Assembly: GCA_009914755.4 (NCBI GenBank)
Contig: CP068257.2
Location: 30,880,001 to 30,944,000, forward strand
Source of the DNA: the human T2T-CHM13v2.0 reference genome, Homo sapiens
Reading direction: 5' to 3'
Length of the DNA stretch: 64,000 nt
This document shows positions 30,116 through 46,493 of this stretch, one piece after another. The stretch's first letter is position 1. Every line of letters starts with the position of its first letter. The notes beneath the pieces are model-generated. The model was not told where the DNA came from and made no database searches. It worked only from the letters and a program-made list of their open reading frames with translations. The translations under genes and the position numbers were made by a program.

Positions 30116-30772
30116 ACAGAAAAGGTCTGGCTTAACAACTGTCATTCTCAGCTCCCAAACAAAGCAGAATAGGGTGTTGTACTCATATTTAAAGCTTTGT
30201 TTTGTATCGTATCTGTTTTTATAAATTGTCTATTTCTTTTTCCATGTAGGCTAAAGTTACATCTTCAATAAGCCAAGTAATAGGAAATTACTTTGCTCAT
30301 CGCAGTGACCCTGGAATGTAGCATAGTATCAGAAAGTAGGAAAGTACCCCCCAAGAATGTGTTTTTAAGATGAGGGCACATCAGAAAGACCCAAGAATCA
30401 ATCTAATAAAGCTCCCAGTGGCCTGAGCTAATATAATTTGAGCACCATAATAAATTTCAATCGTATTGAATTATCATCTAAAGAATAAAATAAATATCCA
30501 TCAGCACATACTGATATAAATAAATAAATAAATAAACAAAAGAAGGAGGACCAATCTTTCTTACATAAGAAATCCAATTAATAAATGTAGAGAGAATTGG
30601 AGAAACAGGGAATCGCCACTGGAACACCACAGATATCATTGCTACGGGCAAGACTAATTGATAATTGCTAAAATTAGTGATTGAACCTTAAGGAGTAACA
30701 AGATATTTGCATCATATTTGTATCCCTTCCTAAATTTACTAACCACTCTTATGGTTTTAAAACATGACTTTG

Positions 30773-31087
30773 GGCCGGGCGCAATGGCTCACGCCTGTAA
30801 TCCCAGCACTTTGGGAGGCCAAAGCGGGCGGATCACGAGGTCAGGAGATCGAAACCATCCCAGCTAACACTGTGAAACCCCATCTCTACTAAAAAAACAC
30901 AAAAAAAAATTAGCCGGGCGTGTTGGCGGGCGCCTGTAGTCCCAGCTACTCGGGAAGCTGAGGCAGAGGAGAATGGCATGAACCCGGGAGGCAGAGCTTG
31001 CAGTGAGCTGAGATTGCGCCACTGCACTCCAGTCTGGGTGACAGAGCAAGACTCCGTCCCCAAAAAAAAAACAAACAAAAAAAAAAA
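30773..31087 (+). mobile_element. AluY SINE; 14-bp target-site duplication AAAACATGACTTT(G/C)
   Basis: Near-consensus AluY (GGCCGGGCGCAATGGCTCACGCCTGTAATCCCAGCACTTTGGGAGGCCAAAGCGGGCGGATCACGAGGTCAGGAGATCGA..) with the flanking 14-mers at 30757-30772 and 31084-31097. Confidence 0.92.
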
Positions 31088-31545
31088 CATGACTTTCATA
31101 CTCAAGTATAGACTGGACTTAGTGACCTGCTTTTATGAATAGATGACAGAAAGAGGAAAATTGTAACTTGACAGTGGGGAAACCTAACAGACATCACATT
31201 AGCCAGGTGATCAAAGTTAATGTTACCTGCAGTCATGCTGACATTATACGCCCACTAACATGATACAATGAGAAGGGCCTATCACCTCTGTGGTGTTCTT
31301 CTCCAAAATCCACAGCCTCAGAATGTTTATGAGAAACCATCAGATAAACCCAAGTTAAGGGCATTCTACAAAACACCTGACCACTACTCTTCAAAACATC
31401 TAAAGTCATGAAAGACAAGAAAGTACAGAGAAGCTATCACAGATTGGTGGAAACTAGGGGGACATGATGAGTGAAGGTATCAGGATATCCCAAACAGGGT
31501 CCTGGAACAGAAAAAGCACATTAACAGAAAAAGTTAAGAAGTCCA

Positions 31546-31836
31546 GGCCGGGCGCGGTGGCTCACGCCTGTAATCCCAGCACTTTGGGAGGCCGAGGCGC
31601 TCGGATCACAAGGTCAGGAGGTCAAGACCATCCTGGCGAACACGGTGAAACCCTGTCTCTACTAAAAATACAAAAAATTAGCCGGGCGTGGTGGTGGGCA
31701 CCTGTAGTCTCAGCTACTCGGGAGGCTGAGGCAGGAGAATGGCGTGAACCTGGGAGGTGGGGCTTGCAGTGAGCCGAGATGGCACCCACTGCACTCCAGC
31801 CTGGGCGACAGAGCGAGCCTCCATCTCAAAAAAAAA
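31546..31836 (+). mobile_element. AluY SINE; short target-site duplication GAAGTCCA
   Basis: GGCCGGGCGCGGTGGCTCACGCCTGTAATCCCAGCACTTTGGGAGGCCGAGGCG..GATCACAAGGTCAGGAGGTCAAGACCATCCTGGCGAACACGGTGAAACCC ... poly-A. Confidence 0.92.
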
Positions 31837-33443
31837 TTTGAGAAGTCCAAATAAAGTTGGTAGTTCTCTTGCTAATATTGCACCACATCAATGTCTTAGT
31901 TTTGATAAACATACTATGTAAGACGTTAACATTCGGGGAAGTTGGGTGAAGGGTGTATGGGAACACTCTGTACTGTCTTAGTAACTCTTTATGAATTCTA
32001 AAATTATTTCAAACTAAAAAGTTTTGTAGAATAGGTAGAGTTGCAAATAATTTGGTGAGAGGTGCAGATGGAGGTATCTCTTATCTGTGAGGCAATAAGT
32101 CAAGTAAATTGCTGAGAAAAATGTGGGTGGGAGAAAATGGCACAGAGGGCCTTTGTCATGACTTGCCTGAAGGTCGATACTGCATTAGAAAAAAATTATC
32201 CAAAAATGACCACACTGTGCTATAATGGTGCCATGTCTCCATGTATCTGCCACATCTGCATTCTCTGGGCTTGCTGTAGTGATGGGAGGGATTCAAATCC
32301 TCCTCTTCAGCAAAAGAAGTTTCTGGATGGATGGTCTGAGACAAGAAGGGATGTCCTTTCCCCGGGCTGCGCACGGATTCCAATGCCCCACTAAATGATG
32401 CTAACAGGCATCATCTCTGGCCACTGAAGCCCAGGCTCTTAAGTTTAATCATAAAACGCTTTGGTCTCATGGGCTGCAAACCACCAAGATAGAACTAAGA
32501 TTGATAAGAAAAATATACTGTTTACTCAAAACAGGTGTATACCAGCCTACATATTTATAATGTCCTATTATACGGTTGTACAGTTCATATCCTCAATAAT
32601 TCAGTAGGTATCTCGCTAACATCTATTTGAAATCCCCCCCAGAATAACATTTAGCAATAGCTTCCTGATCTCTTTAGAATGGTGTCCTTATTTTTCTTAA
32701 ACATTTGATATGTTACACCACCCAGGTGGAAAATAGAACACAGAGTGTAGGATACACACTTACTCACCATAAAAACAACCATACTGTAACACCAAAATAT
32801 ATTTATCCAATTGGTCAAGGAAATTGAATTTAACATATGCTGTTATCGTACAAGCATTTTTAATGAAATAACATTTTGTATGTATATAGCACCTTTCTAC
32901 TAAGGAGCAAAAATATGGCTCAGACATTATTACTCATTTTCACACTATCCTCGACAGGTGGATAAGTAGCAACATTTATACCAAGTTTTAATCACTGGGA
33001 AACAAAGACATGCATAAAGAGAGCAAATAAACCACAAATGGTAACCCAGAAAGTTGGCATTTTCCACCCCCCAATGCCCACTGTGGTCCCCTCACTCTTT
33101 TTTTTTCTGCAATATTAAAAGCTACTTTGAATATTGGTGGAAAAAAAATAGAGGAACAGTAGAGTGATGAAACAGGTATATACCAGCCTCCTCAGGAAAC
33201 TGATGGTGGAGCTTAGACTGGAAACTGTTGAAAGTTAAAAATAATTCCCAAACCTTGACCATCTACTTGGACAAATTTGATGTGTACCAGGGACAAATGA
33301 AAGTATCCTTCCAAAATACGTCCCAAATTATTGTCAAGCCTTTCTGTAATAAAGGTCCATTCCTCAAGCTGCTGTCACATAATGTGCAGGTGATCAACAG
33401 CAAATCCATTAGCAACACAGGATAAAGAAATTTGTGTAGCCCC

Positions 33444-33870
33444 AATAGCAAAGACTTGGAACCAACCCAAATGTCCAACAATGGTAGACTGGATTAAGAA
33501 AATGTGGCACATATACACCATGGAATACTATGCAGCCATAAAAAATGATGAGTTCATGTCCTTTGTAGGGACATGGATGAAGCTGGAAACCATCATTCTC
33601 AGCAAACTATCACAAGGACAAAAAACCAAACACCGCATGTTCTCACTCATAGGTGGGAACTGAACAATGAGAACACATGGACACGGGAAGGGGAACATCA
33701 CACACCTGGGCCTGTTGTGGGGTGGGGGGAGGGGGGAGGGATAGCATTAGGAGATATACCTAATTTTAGATGACGAGTTAATGGGTGCAGCACACCAACA
33801 TGGCACATGTAACAAACCTGCACGTTGTGCACATGTACCCTAAAACTTAAAGTATAATTAAAAAAAAAAA
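33444..33870 (+). mobile_element. Young L1 (L1PA-type) 5'-truncated 3' end (ORF2 C-terminus, 3' UTR, poly-A) with a perfect 19-bp target-site duplication AAAGAAATTTGTGTAGCCC
   Basis: ORF-track peptide MVDWIKKMWHIYTMEYYAAIKNDEFMSFVGTWMKLETIILSKLSQGQKTKHRMFSLIGGN matches the L1PA/L1HS ORF2 C-terminus. The 3' UTR GGGAGGGATAGCATTAGGAGATATACCTAAT...GTTAATGGGTGCAGCACACCAACATGGCACATGTAACAAACCTGCACGTTGTGCACATGTACCCTAAAACTTAAAGTATAAT is followed by A13. Identical 19-mers lie at 33424-33442 and 33870-33888. Confidence 0.93.
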
Positions 33871-34379
33871 AAGAAATTTGTGTAGCCCAGAAACTCTTGC
33901 ATAAAACATAACTTCAACAAGACAGTAGTACATTTTGGATGATGCATTCCTGAGGAGCTCTTTAAAAATTCATTCAAGGAAATAAAAAAAAAAGTCTCTT
34001 TAATGATAAATGCAAATTACAGGCATAGTTGGAGCCTAAAATTATGTCTTGAATAGGAAAATTACCAGAGGATGAATTCCTTAAGAGCACGACTGTCTTT
34101 CAAGAGTTTCTAATATATTTAATCTCCAGTAAACTCTAGGATATCCAAAGGTGTAGTACCCTTTTTTTTTCCAGAATATGCAGTGTCTGAGAAACTTGTA
34201 TCACATCTATCCATGCATTCAACTAATGTCAGCAAAACTAGATGACAAATCATACATAAAGGGAAGGATGAAAATATTTTGTTGTAAACTTCTGAGACAT
34301 AGGGATAAGGAAAGGAAGTTACATAATATTCTAATAACAAATTTCAATAATGTGAAAAAAGAAAAATAACAGCCAACAC

Positions 34380-34560
34380 TTATGAAGTACTTCTATGCAC
34401 TAGTATGGGTAACGGCGCCAGGCACAATACATGCGTTATCTCATTTCCTCATCACAAGCTTCCTTTGAGATATACCCATTTTATAGACTTAGATTAAGAT
34501 GCTTGTCAGAGGTCAGGGTACAAGCAGCTGTCTGACTCCAAACCCTTTATGGAGGCTGCC
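34380..34560 (-). mobile_element. MIR SINE
   Basis: ..GCACTAGTATGGGTAACGGCGCCAGGCACAATACATGCGTTATCTCATTTCCTCATCACAAGCTTCC..CCCATTTTATAGACTTAGATTAAGATGCTTGTCAGAGGTCAGGGTACAAGCAGCTGTCTGACTCCAAACCC. Confidence 0.7.
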
Positions 34561-35239
34561 TGGCTTTTTCTCTAGCTCTTCACTTCTTAATTAGTGCAGA
34601 GAATCAAGTCTTGCCTTTCATTTCTTCCCCTGCACTGAAGAAAAATCTAAAAGTCATCCTTTTGTAACATTGAAAACTTGGAATAAAAAATTCATTAAAA
34701 TATTATCTATAGAAACACTCCCAAAGCCTCATAGCAAGAAATTCAGATAAAAGCACATATTTTCACTACTTTAATGTGCATGAGTTTAAACTCCATGACT
34801 GTTATTTTTATCTTCATCATTCCCTATTTGACTGATTTTTAACCTATCATGTTACACCATGGAGTGGCAAATACTATCAAGGAATCAAAAAAAGCAACTC
34901 CTTCAATAATCTAATTTATAGGAAATAGAGTAAATTACAATGATGCCTCTTTAATCTAATTAATTAGCTAATTGATTAATTTAATTAGTTAATTAACTAA
35001 TGTCCCTGATGGGCAAAGTTTTCTTAACCAGAGAGCTTCCTGGCCCACACAAGAAAGGAAAAATTAATGATCCATCAGCTGTTTCTGAACTTCAGGATAG
35101 TTGGAGGCCCAGCTTCAGGGATCACGTCTTCTGTGAGGTCACAAAGGAAATTACGCCTTCAAGAATGCACTGTTCAAGCCATATCCTTGACTCCGATGAA
35201 TCAATCAGGAAAGGGCTATTGTTATAAATAAGCAAATGA

Positions 35240-35635
<396 letters not shown>

Positions 35636-38198
35636 TGAGGACTAAGACCCCCTCCTTCCCAGGGCCCAAAGCAAGAAAATGGGATGGAGAGGCCCATCTC
35701 CAAAGATCTTACCCTTGGAATAAGGGTCTTTTTCCCACACCTCCTTGACATCTATTCCCCCTGGGCTGTTTTTATTTTCCTAACCCACACTCCATCAGCT
35801 TTAAGCACTAAAGAACTTTTTGGCCACCTCAGGACAAAAATTTGTTACAAAAATCACCTCCTAAATCGAATGAGCTCAGCCTCACTAAGTAAATCAGGCT
35901 TTGGACAGGCTCCGCTTCCTGTTGGTTGTTCATACATTTGTGTTGCTCAAGTCTTCATCTTAGAACCCAACCCCGCCTTGCTGGATTCCTGATGGAATTT
36001 CTCTTTGCACCTGAACAATTCTTCAGGCATCTTCTCCTTTTAATTTTGAAGAATGTGATACCTTTCTGTCAGAAAAGGTATCCAGGTCTTAGATTCACAC
36101 TCAAGCCATGAATAATACTCTTCTGGGCATACATAAATACACGATTTTCCCAAATTCTCCTTCTCCTAGCACAGAGACCAAAGCCTTCTTCCTTCCCTTT
36201 CCCTAGCCTTCTTTCAAATTCTCACCTTTCCTGGCATTTGTTTACTTGCTCAACCTTCTAACAAACATTTATTTAACAAACATCTGCTATGATCCAGGCA
36301 CTGAACTAAGTGACACAAAGGTGAGTAAGACACAGTCCTTGCCGTAAGAAGTTCATGCTCTTATGAAGCAGACCAGTTATCAGACCATTACAGTGCATGG
36401 TGGAAGGGCAGAGATAGCGTTAAGCCCAGGACATTATAGGGCCCCTCAAAAAGAGCCAAGTCACCCCACTGGGGACCCTGTCTGTTTCCCCTCACTCTTC
36501 AGGTTCTAGGTGTTTTCAGAGTTGTGTTTCTTTAAAGTGTTTAAATAGTTTCCTTTCTAGCAACCTCCCCCATGGATAACGACGTAGACCTTCCCAACTC
36601 CCAATCTGAATCATTGTATTACTTCCAGGCCAGCGACTCATATATTCCTAGACTCATCAACTTCTCATCATCCGTACTACCACAAACATCAGAATATCTA
36701 AAACCCCTAGAGTCCAATCCACTCCAGTCCATGTTTGAGTTTTCCAAATCCACATGTCATTTGAAGGTGAATTTTCCATGCATTGTGTTTTGAAATCAAC
36801 AGACATATACTTAATCCTTTTGCCTCAGTTTCTGATCATCATAAAGACAGGAAAAACAGAAATCCTCAGTTCATTTTAATTCTCTTAGTCCTCAACGTGA
36901 TATTCGTTCACATCCTTCATGACTGGCCTCTCTTTTACCTATCTGGTTTTGAATTACATTGGCTAACTTCAGAAAAGTCATCGTTACTAAATTGTCTCTG
37001 AAAGAAAGTAATTGAGGCAGAAGATATATGCAGTTCTTCAGCAATTGTTTGAGCTGCACTGTCAGTGTAGAAATAAGCAGCCTAATAAGAGGTCAGATAC
37101 GTGGGTTTTAAAAGCCTATTTATCATACAGTATTCAAACCCTTTAATCATTTTATAAGCCTCACATTAAATGTCAGTTGTCATTCTTTTTCCCATCATGA
37201 TTACTTAACAAACCAAAATACCATTATGTTGTTCCTTTTCTAGAAAAAAAAAATGCTTCAACGTGAAAGAAATAAAGCTACAGAGAGACAGGGCTGGCGC
37301 AGGGGATCTGGACCTAGAGAACCAGCTTCAAATTCTGCTCCACAACCTATTTATTGTGTGATTTGAAGCCAATTATTTAAGTTCTTTGAGCTTCAGTCCC
37401 TTGATCTATTCAAGGAAGATAATAATAATCTCTGCCTTACAGTGTTTTCAAGGGTGAGTCCACACCCATCCTTGAGTGAATCATCACCTTGGTGGGCTCC
37501 ATGGCACCCTCCTCCCCCACCCCACCCCCGGCCGGCCCTCCTTTCTGAAGCAGCCTCTCCCACCCTGAGGTGCCCCACCCTCCAAGTTTCCTGCTGCTCT
37601 GGGCACTCCTACATCTCTGCACCATGGCCCACACACACCGGAGTCCTGGCATCTCAGTCCTAGTCTTCATTCTTATTTAGTAGCCTCTCTTTAAGATGGT
37701 TCATCCACACTGGCAGCTTCCATTTTCAGATGCCTCCAATCTTTCATTTGAATATCAGACCTTTATAGGCAACTATTCACACCATACCTTCTTTTGGGGG
37801 GTATCTCCCACTCAACAGGTCTAAATGAAGTTTGAGTCCTCTCCTAAATCTAGCGGGCTTCCCATGTTCTTATTCTCAGCTAGTGGCACTGCCACTCATC
37901 CAGCTGTGCGAGCCAGACACCCAAAGAGTCATCCCAGACCCCTCACCTGCTCCCCAACCCCAGCCATCACAAGCCCTGTCCATTCTCCCTCCTAAAGAGC
38001 TCAGAAATATGCCTTCAGAACTACGTCTTCATTGGACCACCCCGGTCTGAGGTACAACCCACCTATTTCCTAAACCATCCCATCGTACTCACTGCCGTGC
38101 CCCAGCAGAGCGCCCTTCTCAATGCACAGATGTTGTGGTGTCATTTCCCTACTTCTGTCCTCTCACAGCTCTGCATTGCTCTTTGGGTCAAAAATAAA

Positions 38199-39395
<1,197 letters not shown>

Positions 39396-42194
39396 ATGTA
39401 CACGACCCCACAGGACCTGACCCTGGCTCCCGGCCAGCCTCACCTCCCATGGCTTTCCTGCCCCTGTATTACCTCACTTCCTTCCCCTTTAGCCATCCTT
39501 CGGGCCTCAGTTCAAGTTCACATCTTCAGGATGGTAGTCTACGACCCCTTATACCAGTTGAGACCATCTTTTAGGCATTCCTACCTCACCACTTGATTTT
39601 CTTTCAGGGTATTTAGTACATTTGCTGTTGTAAGATAACGTGGGCCTTTTCATCAATGGCAGTCTCCCGTGCTAGAATACATAATCCAGTACTGCAGGAC
39701 ATAGCTATATATTGCTTATCCATGAATTCCCAGTGGCAAAGCCCCAGTAGAATTTCAATACATATATATTTATTAAAAAGTGATTTATTAATTACTTTTT
39801 AAATTAATTAATATTGAGGTGCACCAGCAACATAGTTAAAACTCCTCATTCCCCAAACTACTCAGATCCATTTCTGGCTCTGCCACATACTGGTTTTGTG
39901 ACTTTGGGGAAGTTATCTTATCGTTATCCCTGACACTTCCTCTCCAAAATTGAGTAGCTTGCATAGGAAAGTCAAGAAGACAAAAGTTAGCCTCCCAGCA
40001 ACTAGCTAAACAAAACCCACTTTTCAGTCAAAACCAAGAATACCTATTTAATGATAATAATAAAAAAGAAGAAACCATGCTCCTAGTACACATTAATTCA
40101 TCAAAGGATAATAAAGAAGAAAAAGAGGAGTCACAGCCACTTGTGCTCTGCTAATAAGTAACAGTCTTGCCAAGACCTTAGGAGGACAACATCAGCCAGC
40201 ACCCATTTTCAATACAGGTGACTTGGTGGACCTTTGTTTCCCATCAAGTCCCTTTCCTCTAGCACCCAAGCACCCCTGCAGCCCACCCCTGACACAGCCT
40301 GGTAGCAGGTGCTTCTCCTGCAAGGGAAACAGCCAGGCCCTGTGCCCCATATGCAATGAACAAGGCAGGGCTCTGCCCCTCTCCTGCAAGCAATCAACAC
40401 AGGCCCTGAAGCATGAGATTTAATTGCTTGTTCATTATTTTAGCTTGCAGGGGCTACAAGGAAGTATGGCATTTCTGAGCACACCATCCGAGGGAACCCT
40501 GGGAGCTGTCAGATTAAAAAATAACAACAGAAACGAGAAAGGAGCCTCTCTTTAGCCAAATGGCTTCAGGTGCCCGTGACTCAATGCAAGGGCCCCCATC
40601 AAAACCCATGGCAGCCCCTCTCTGTTTGTCCTGCCCTTTTCAATTCTGTCTGAGTGGGGAGGAGAATGCCACAAAGAGACGAGAATTTGAACTCGCAGCC
40701 CCTGAGTGCACCAATGCCCTTTTTCTGCCTGATTGTATACTTGAAGTGCCTGTAAAGTCAATAACTTCCCATGGTTTCACAGCAAAGTCAAAAGGTTAAA
40801 AAAGAGACATTGTCCTTTTGAAGATGTGGAAAGTAATGAGTGAGCAGGCTGAATCCTCTGTGGGTTTAAAAGCCTGTGCCATTCTGCTTTAAGGTGTCAA
40901 AATTGCCTTAAATTTTTAGCTTTGTTATACCCTGCTGCTACACAGATATCATAGAACCAGGCTGAGTCTCTCAATTTGGAGATCATTTTTTCTCTCTAAA
41001 AACTTGTTGAAATATATATGTTAGCACAGACATTTTCTTAACATTTTCTGTTCAAAATATAGTATTTTTTCAGATGCATCTTAAGAGATCAGAATAGTCA
41101 AACAGTAGATCTCTTTTTGAAAAAAAAAATTGTATACCATCTTCAAGTTTTAAGCACAAAGGTTACAGCTAGTCCTCCTCCCCTATTTTATTTCCACTGT
41201 TGGAGCAGATTTGACCTCGTCTCTCTAAAGGCAGAAAACTTCAACAAAGGTGAGAGGACTATTTAAAGCGATGAAAAAGATTCTGAATGAAGGATTTTGC
41301 CCTGGATGAAGCCTGAAAGAAATGCAGTGCTTAGGAAGTGGATAAAAGTCAATAGCAACAATTCTTGGCTTTGGATGAAAACTTGAAGGTGCACTTTTCC
41401 CCAGTGATATGAAAAACAAGAAAATAAAAACAACCAACCAGAGACCCGTAACTCTTCTGGTTCTGTGGCGTCTGTACATTCATGTGATAGAAACTTACTA
41501 AATCCCAAAGGGTCCCTGGCAAAGCCCAGGCTCCGTGATGGGCTGAGAGCCCTGCCACTGCACCAGGAGAAAAGGAGTCACTAGGCTTCGGATGGGGAAG
41601 AGAAAAGCCTCTTTCCTCCCTCCCATTCCAAAAGAGAAGAAAAAACCTGGACAGCCAGATACAAGCAGCCTTGAAAAATCACTCTAGAGGAGAAAAGACA
41701 GGAAGAATGTCATCGAGAAAGAAGGCCAGGAGAGGATGCCACAAAGGTGCTTTTTCTCCCTCCTCTCTTTCCACCTTTCCCATAGTCTCCTCTCCACCTA
41801 AACGACCCCCAATCAACTCTCTCCAGATTCTACTCTCCCACCGGAGCCTGACTGACACATTTTCCAAAAGCAGGTTAAAAAAAGCAAGGGTCTCAGGCTC
41901 CGTCACATCCAACTCATTCTTATGTGCCAGGGAGATACAGAGCCACATTCTGTGTATCTGTTGGATTGTGAATTACCACTTGGGCATAGAGACTGGTCTC
42001 AACAGTGAGATTCCCCTCGTGTAGGAACCCTCATGCTTCAGCTAGGTGCTTACAGGTGAAGAGTTACTCAAAAATCATCATGTAGCAAATTTGGTTTCCA
42101 CACCTTAAATTAGAGAGACTCAGGCGTGCACCAAGGAAACGTCTAGCTATGCTCTTCTCCAGCCTCTCACCGGGCTGCAGGTCTTAGCTTTTAG

Positions 42195-42620
<426 letters not shown>

Positions 42621-43454
42621 AGAGGAAACAATTTCTTAATGGAAAGAATTTGTTATTAGTTTAGGCCACAAGCCTGAATCTTTGAAACAGCATGACTCAG
42701 ATAGTTCATCACTCAGAGAATTAAGGTTTTGCATCCCTCGGTTCTGAGTGAGGTTTTCTTCCTCTTTTGAGAAGAGCAGCATTAAATTACCAGAGCCATC
42801 TCATCGGTCATTCATTTAGTATTTACCACACCTACTATGTGCAAAAGGCAGTGGGAAGTAGAAAGATTAGAAAGAAAAACTCCTGCCATCCAAGGGGTTA
42901 ACAGCTTACAGATCTTAGAACCACACAACTTAGAAAAAAAAGTTTAAGATTATATAGAGAATCCAAGTGCTTTATTTCACAGATGAAGACATAAGACCCT
43001 GAACTATTCTATAACTCCTGTGGTAAACTACAGAGGCAATTCCCAAACCCAGGTCTGCTGACTCAAAGAAGGACTGTGCCTTTCCATTCTGTTCCTAACA
43101 GCTAAGAAACTCCTGCATCCCCAGATCCCAGAGGCTTATATGGTCTGGAAAGCTGGTGTCGTGGTCATCAGTCAAAAGCACTCACTGCATACGTACACCA
43201 TGGCCAGCACACACCTGGAGGTTTGGACACACACATTCACACACTTACATAATCCTCACAATAAGTGTTTGAGGCAAGAATTGGTATTCAGGATGTAAGC
43301 TTGAGAAGCTGGGGGGAGTGTTAAATAACCCATTCAAGGTTAAAGGGTCCCCGTGGTGAATTGAGGACTCAAAACTCAGTCTGTTCTCTGCCCCTACACA
43401 CCAGTAGCCTCGATTTCCAACTCGTTTGGTTATTCCTTGTTATAGACTGAATGC

Positions 43455-44112
43455 TGTGTCTCTCTCCCAAAATTCACATGTTAAAACCCTACTCCCCGAT
43501 GTGAGAATATCAGGAGGTGAGGCCTTTGGGGGTGATTAGGGTGAAGCCCTCATGGTGGGATTAGAGTCTTTGTTAGAAGAGACACAACAGAGATGATTGT
43601 TTCTCTTCAGCCATGTGAGGACAGGACAAGACGTCCATCTACGAACCAGAAAGAGGGATCTCACCAGACACCAAATCTGCTGCTGCCTTGATCTTGGACT
43701 TCCTAGCCTCCAGAACTATAAGAAATAAATGTTTGTGGCTGGGTGAGGTGGCTCACACCTGTAATACCAGCACTTTGAGAGGCTGAGGCGGGTGGATTAC
43801 TTGAGGTCAGGAGTTCGAGACCAGCCTGGCCAACACAGTGAAACCCCATCTCTAATAAAAATACAAAAATTAGCCAGGCATAGTGGCACATGCCTGTAAC
43901 TCCAGCTACTCGGGAGGCTGAGGCAGGAGAATCACTTGAATCCAGGAGGCCGGGGTTGCACTGAGCAGAGATCTCGCTACTCCACTCCAGCCTGGGCGAC
44001 AGAGTGAGACTCCGTCTCAAAAAAAAAAAGAAAAGAAAAAAAGAAAAAAAAAGAAATGTTTGTTGTTTGAGCCAGTCCATGATATTCTGCCATAGCAGGC
44101 CAAACTGACTCA
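43455..44112 (+). mobile_element. MaLR solo LTR (MLT1-family), split by the Alu at 43739-44051
   Basis: TGTGTCTCTCTCCCAAAATTCACATGTTAAAACCCTACTCCCCGATGTGAGAATATCAGGAGGTGAGGCCTTTGGGGGTGATTAGGGTGAAGCCCTCATGGTGGGATTAGAGTC..GCCATGTGAGGACAGGACAAGACGTCCATCTACGAACCAGAAAGAGGGATCTCACCAGACACCAAATCTGCTGCTGCCTTGATCTTGGACTTCCTAGCCTCCAGAACTATAAGAAATAAATGTTTGT | Alu | ..TGTTTGTTGTTTGAGCCAGTCCATGATATTCTGCCATAGCAGGCC. This is collinear with the MLT1 consensus. Confidence 0.85.
43739..44051 (+). mobile_element. Alu SINE inserted in the MLT1 LTR; target-site duplication about AAGAAAT(AAA)TGTTTGT
   Basis: GGCTGGGTGAGGTGGCTCACACCTGTAATACCAGCACTTTGAGAGGCTGAGGCGGG ... with an A/GAAAA tail. Confidence 0.9.
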
Positions 44113-44442
44113 TATACTCCCTTTGTTTCATCTTCATGTATTTCTGGCATCCTGGTTTGTAACAAATAATGGAATCTTAGAATTTTAGAAATTGAAATGT
44201 TCTCAGAGACCATGTGGTCCAGATCTCTCATTTTACAGGTGAGGCAAGTGGTCCAGTGACTCATCTGTGCTCACTGCATGAGAGCCATGCAAGCTCTAGA
44301 GAGCACACACAGAGTGAGAGAGACAAGCCGAGATCCTGTCCCCGTAGGCACTAGTGTATCCATGGTTTGGTACAACATTGGGTGTCATCCTGGTTGTCCC
44401 AAGCCTCAGCAGCCGGTGGATGTCAATAAGGTCACATTATTA

Positions 44443-44767
<325 letters not shown>

Positions 44768-45354
44768 GAATGAATAAACAAGTAACTAACTTGATGTAGG
44801 AGCCATACATATGCATCTGTCTACTACAGAGCCTCCCGCCCCTCTCCAAGTCCTCACCTTGGTTTTCTGGAGTCCCGTGGTCTGTCTCACAACCACCCTT
44901 ATATGTACTCAACACCCCAGACGTCATTTGAGTGTTTTCCTCAATCATGACCATAGCTGCTCAGACCTTCTCTGTCAGCATCTGCTTCCCCTGAAAAGAT
45001 TTCTTTCTCATGCCTTTCTGTCTGTGTCCACAGTGTCTCAATTGAAGGTCCTTGGTCTTCAAGGAACCAAGACTACACTGAGATCCATTCTTGGGAAGTG
45101 CCTCTCCTTCAACCTCCGGTACCACTCATCCATAAACACCAACACTATTTGCCTCTTTGTGTATCATAAAGTCCCTCATTGAAACAGCCCCTTAAACTCC
45201 AGTCTGGAAAACAAACCCACTGGGCTACAATAAGAACCAATTTTAGACACAGACATCCTCCCACTTCCTCTTGACCCCAGGTATTCTCTGCCAAACTACA
45301 ATTCCTCCAGGAAATCAGCATCTAGCAGCACCCCCACCAACCCATGGAGGTTTG

Positions 45355-45465
45355 TTTTGTTTTGTTTTTTGAGACAGGTCTCACTCTGTCACCCAGGCTA
45401 GAGTGCAGTGGTACAACCACAGCTCACTGCAGCCTGACCTCCCCGGGCTCACGTGATCATCCATG
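45355..45465 (-). mobile_element. Alu fragment (right-arm part), antisense
   Basis: (GTTTT)n, then GAGACAGGTCTCACTCTGTCACCCAGGCTAGAGTGCAGTGGTACAACCACAGCTCACTGCAGCCTGACCTCCCCGGGCTCA. Confidence 0.75.
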
Positions 45466-46147
45466 AGGCAGTTTGAAGAGATCTGAAGCCCAAGATAGAC
45501 TCAGGCTGGAATTCCCACTATATACAGGTCACTAGATTTAATTTAAATGTGTCTTAAATTTCACAAATGATGCAACAGAATGAAAGATGTAATTCAACAA
45601 AACTTGTCCAAGAAGGTCCTTGGTATTTTCTCTCTTCTGGAAATCATCGATGAAAAAGCATGTTATATGAGCTAGCAGAACTCAGTCAGTTAAGGGAAAA
45701 AAGGTCATTTAATTGCACAATAAGAAGCATAATGTGGGCAGAAAAGAACTCCCTGTTTATTGCATATGTCAAATTATTTAGGTATCTATGAGAGAAAGGT
45801 GGATGTACCAAAAACCTAGGCTATGTGTAATCATTGAAATTGAGTATCAGATTGCACTCTATGCTTCCTGGAAGCCAAGGTAAAAAGTAAAATAGGTAAG
45901 TTATATAGTTCTCCACTATTATTCATCTCATAGAGTAACACAGCGTCTGGTCTGGTCTAACAGCCAAAAGCCTATCATCACAAAAAGAAATGAATTAATT
46001 GCCTGGGTCTCTAAATAAAGGGAATAAATCACCCTAGACAACAAGGTCTTGGAGGGCCTCATCTGGGTGGTCTCTACCACATGCCCCGCAACAGTTTTCC
46101 ATATGCCCCGCAACAGTTTTCCATAATAGAAACAGATTTCATCTGAC

Positions 46148-46493
<346 letters not shown>

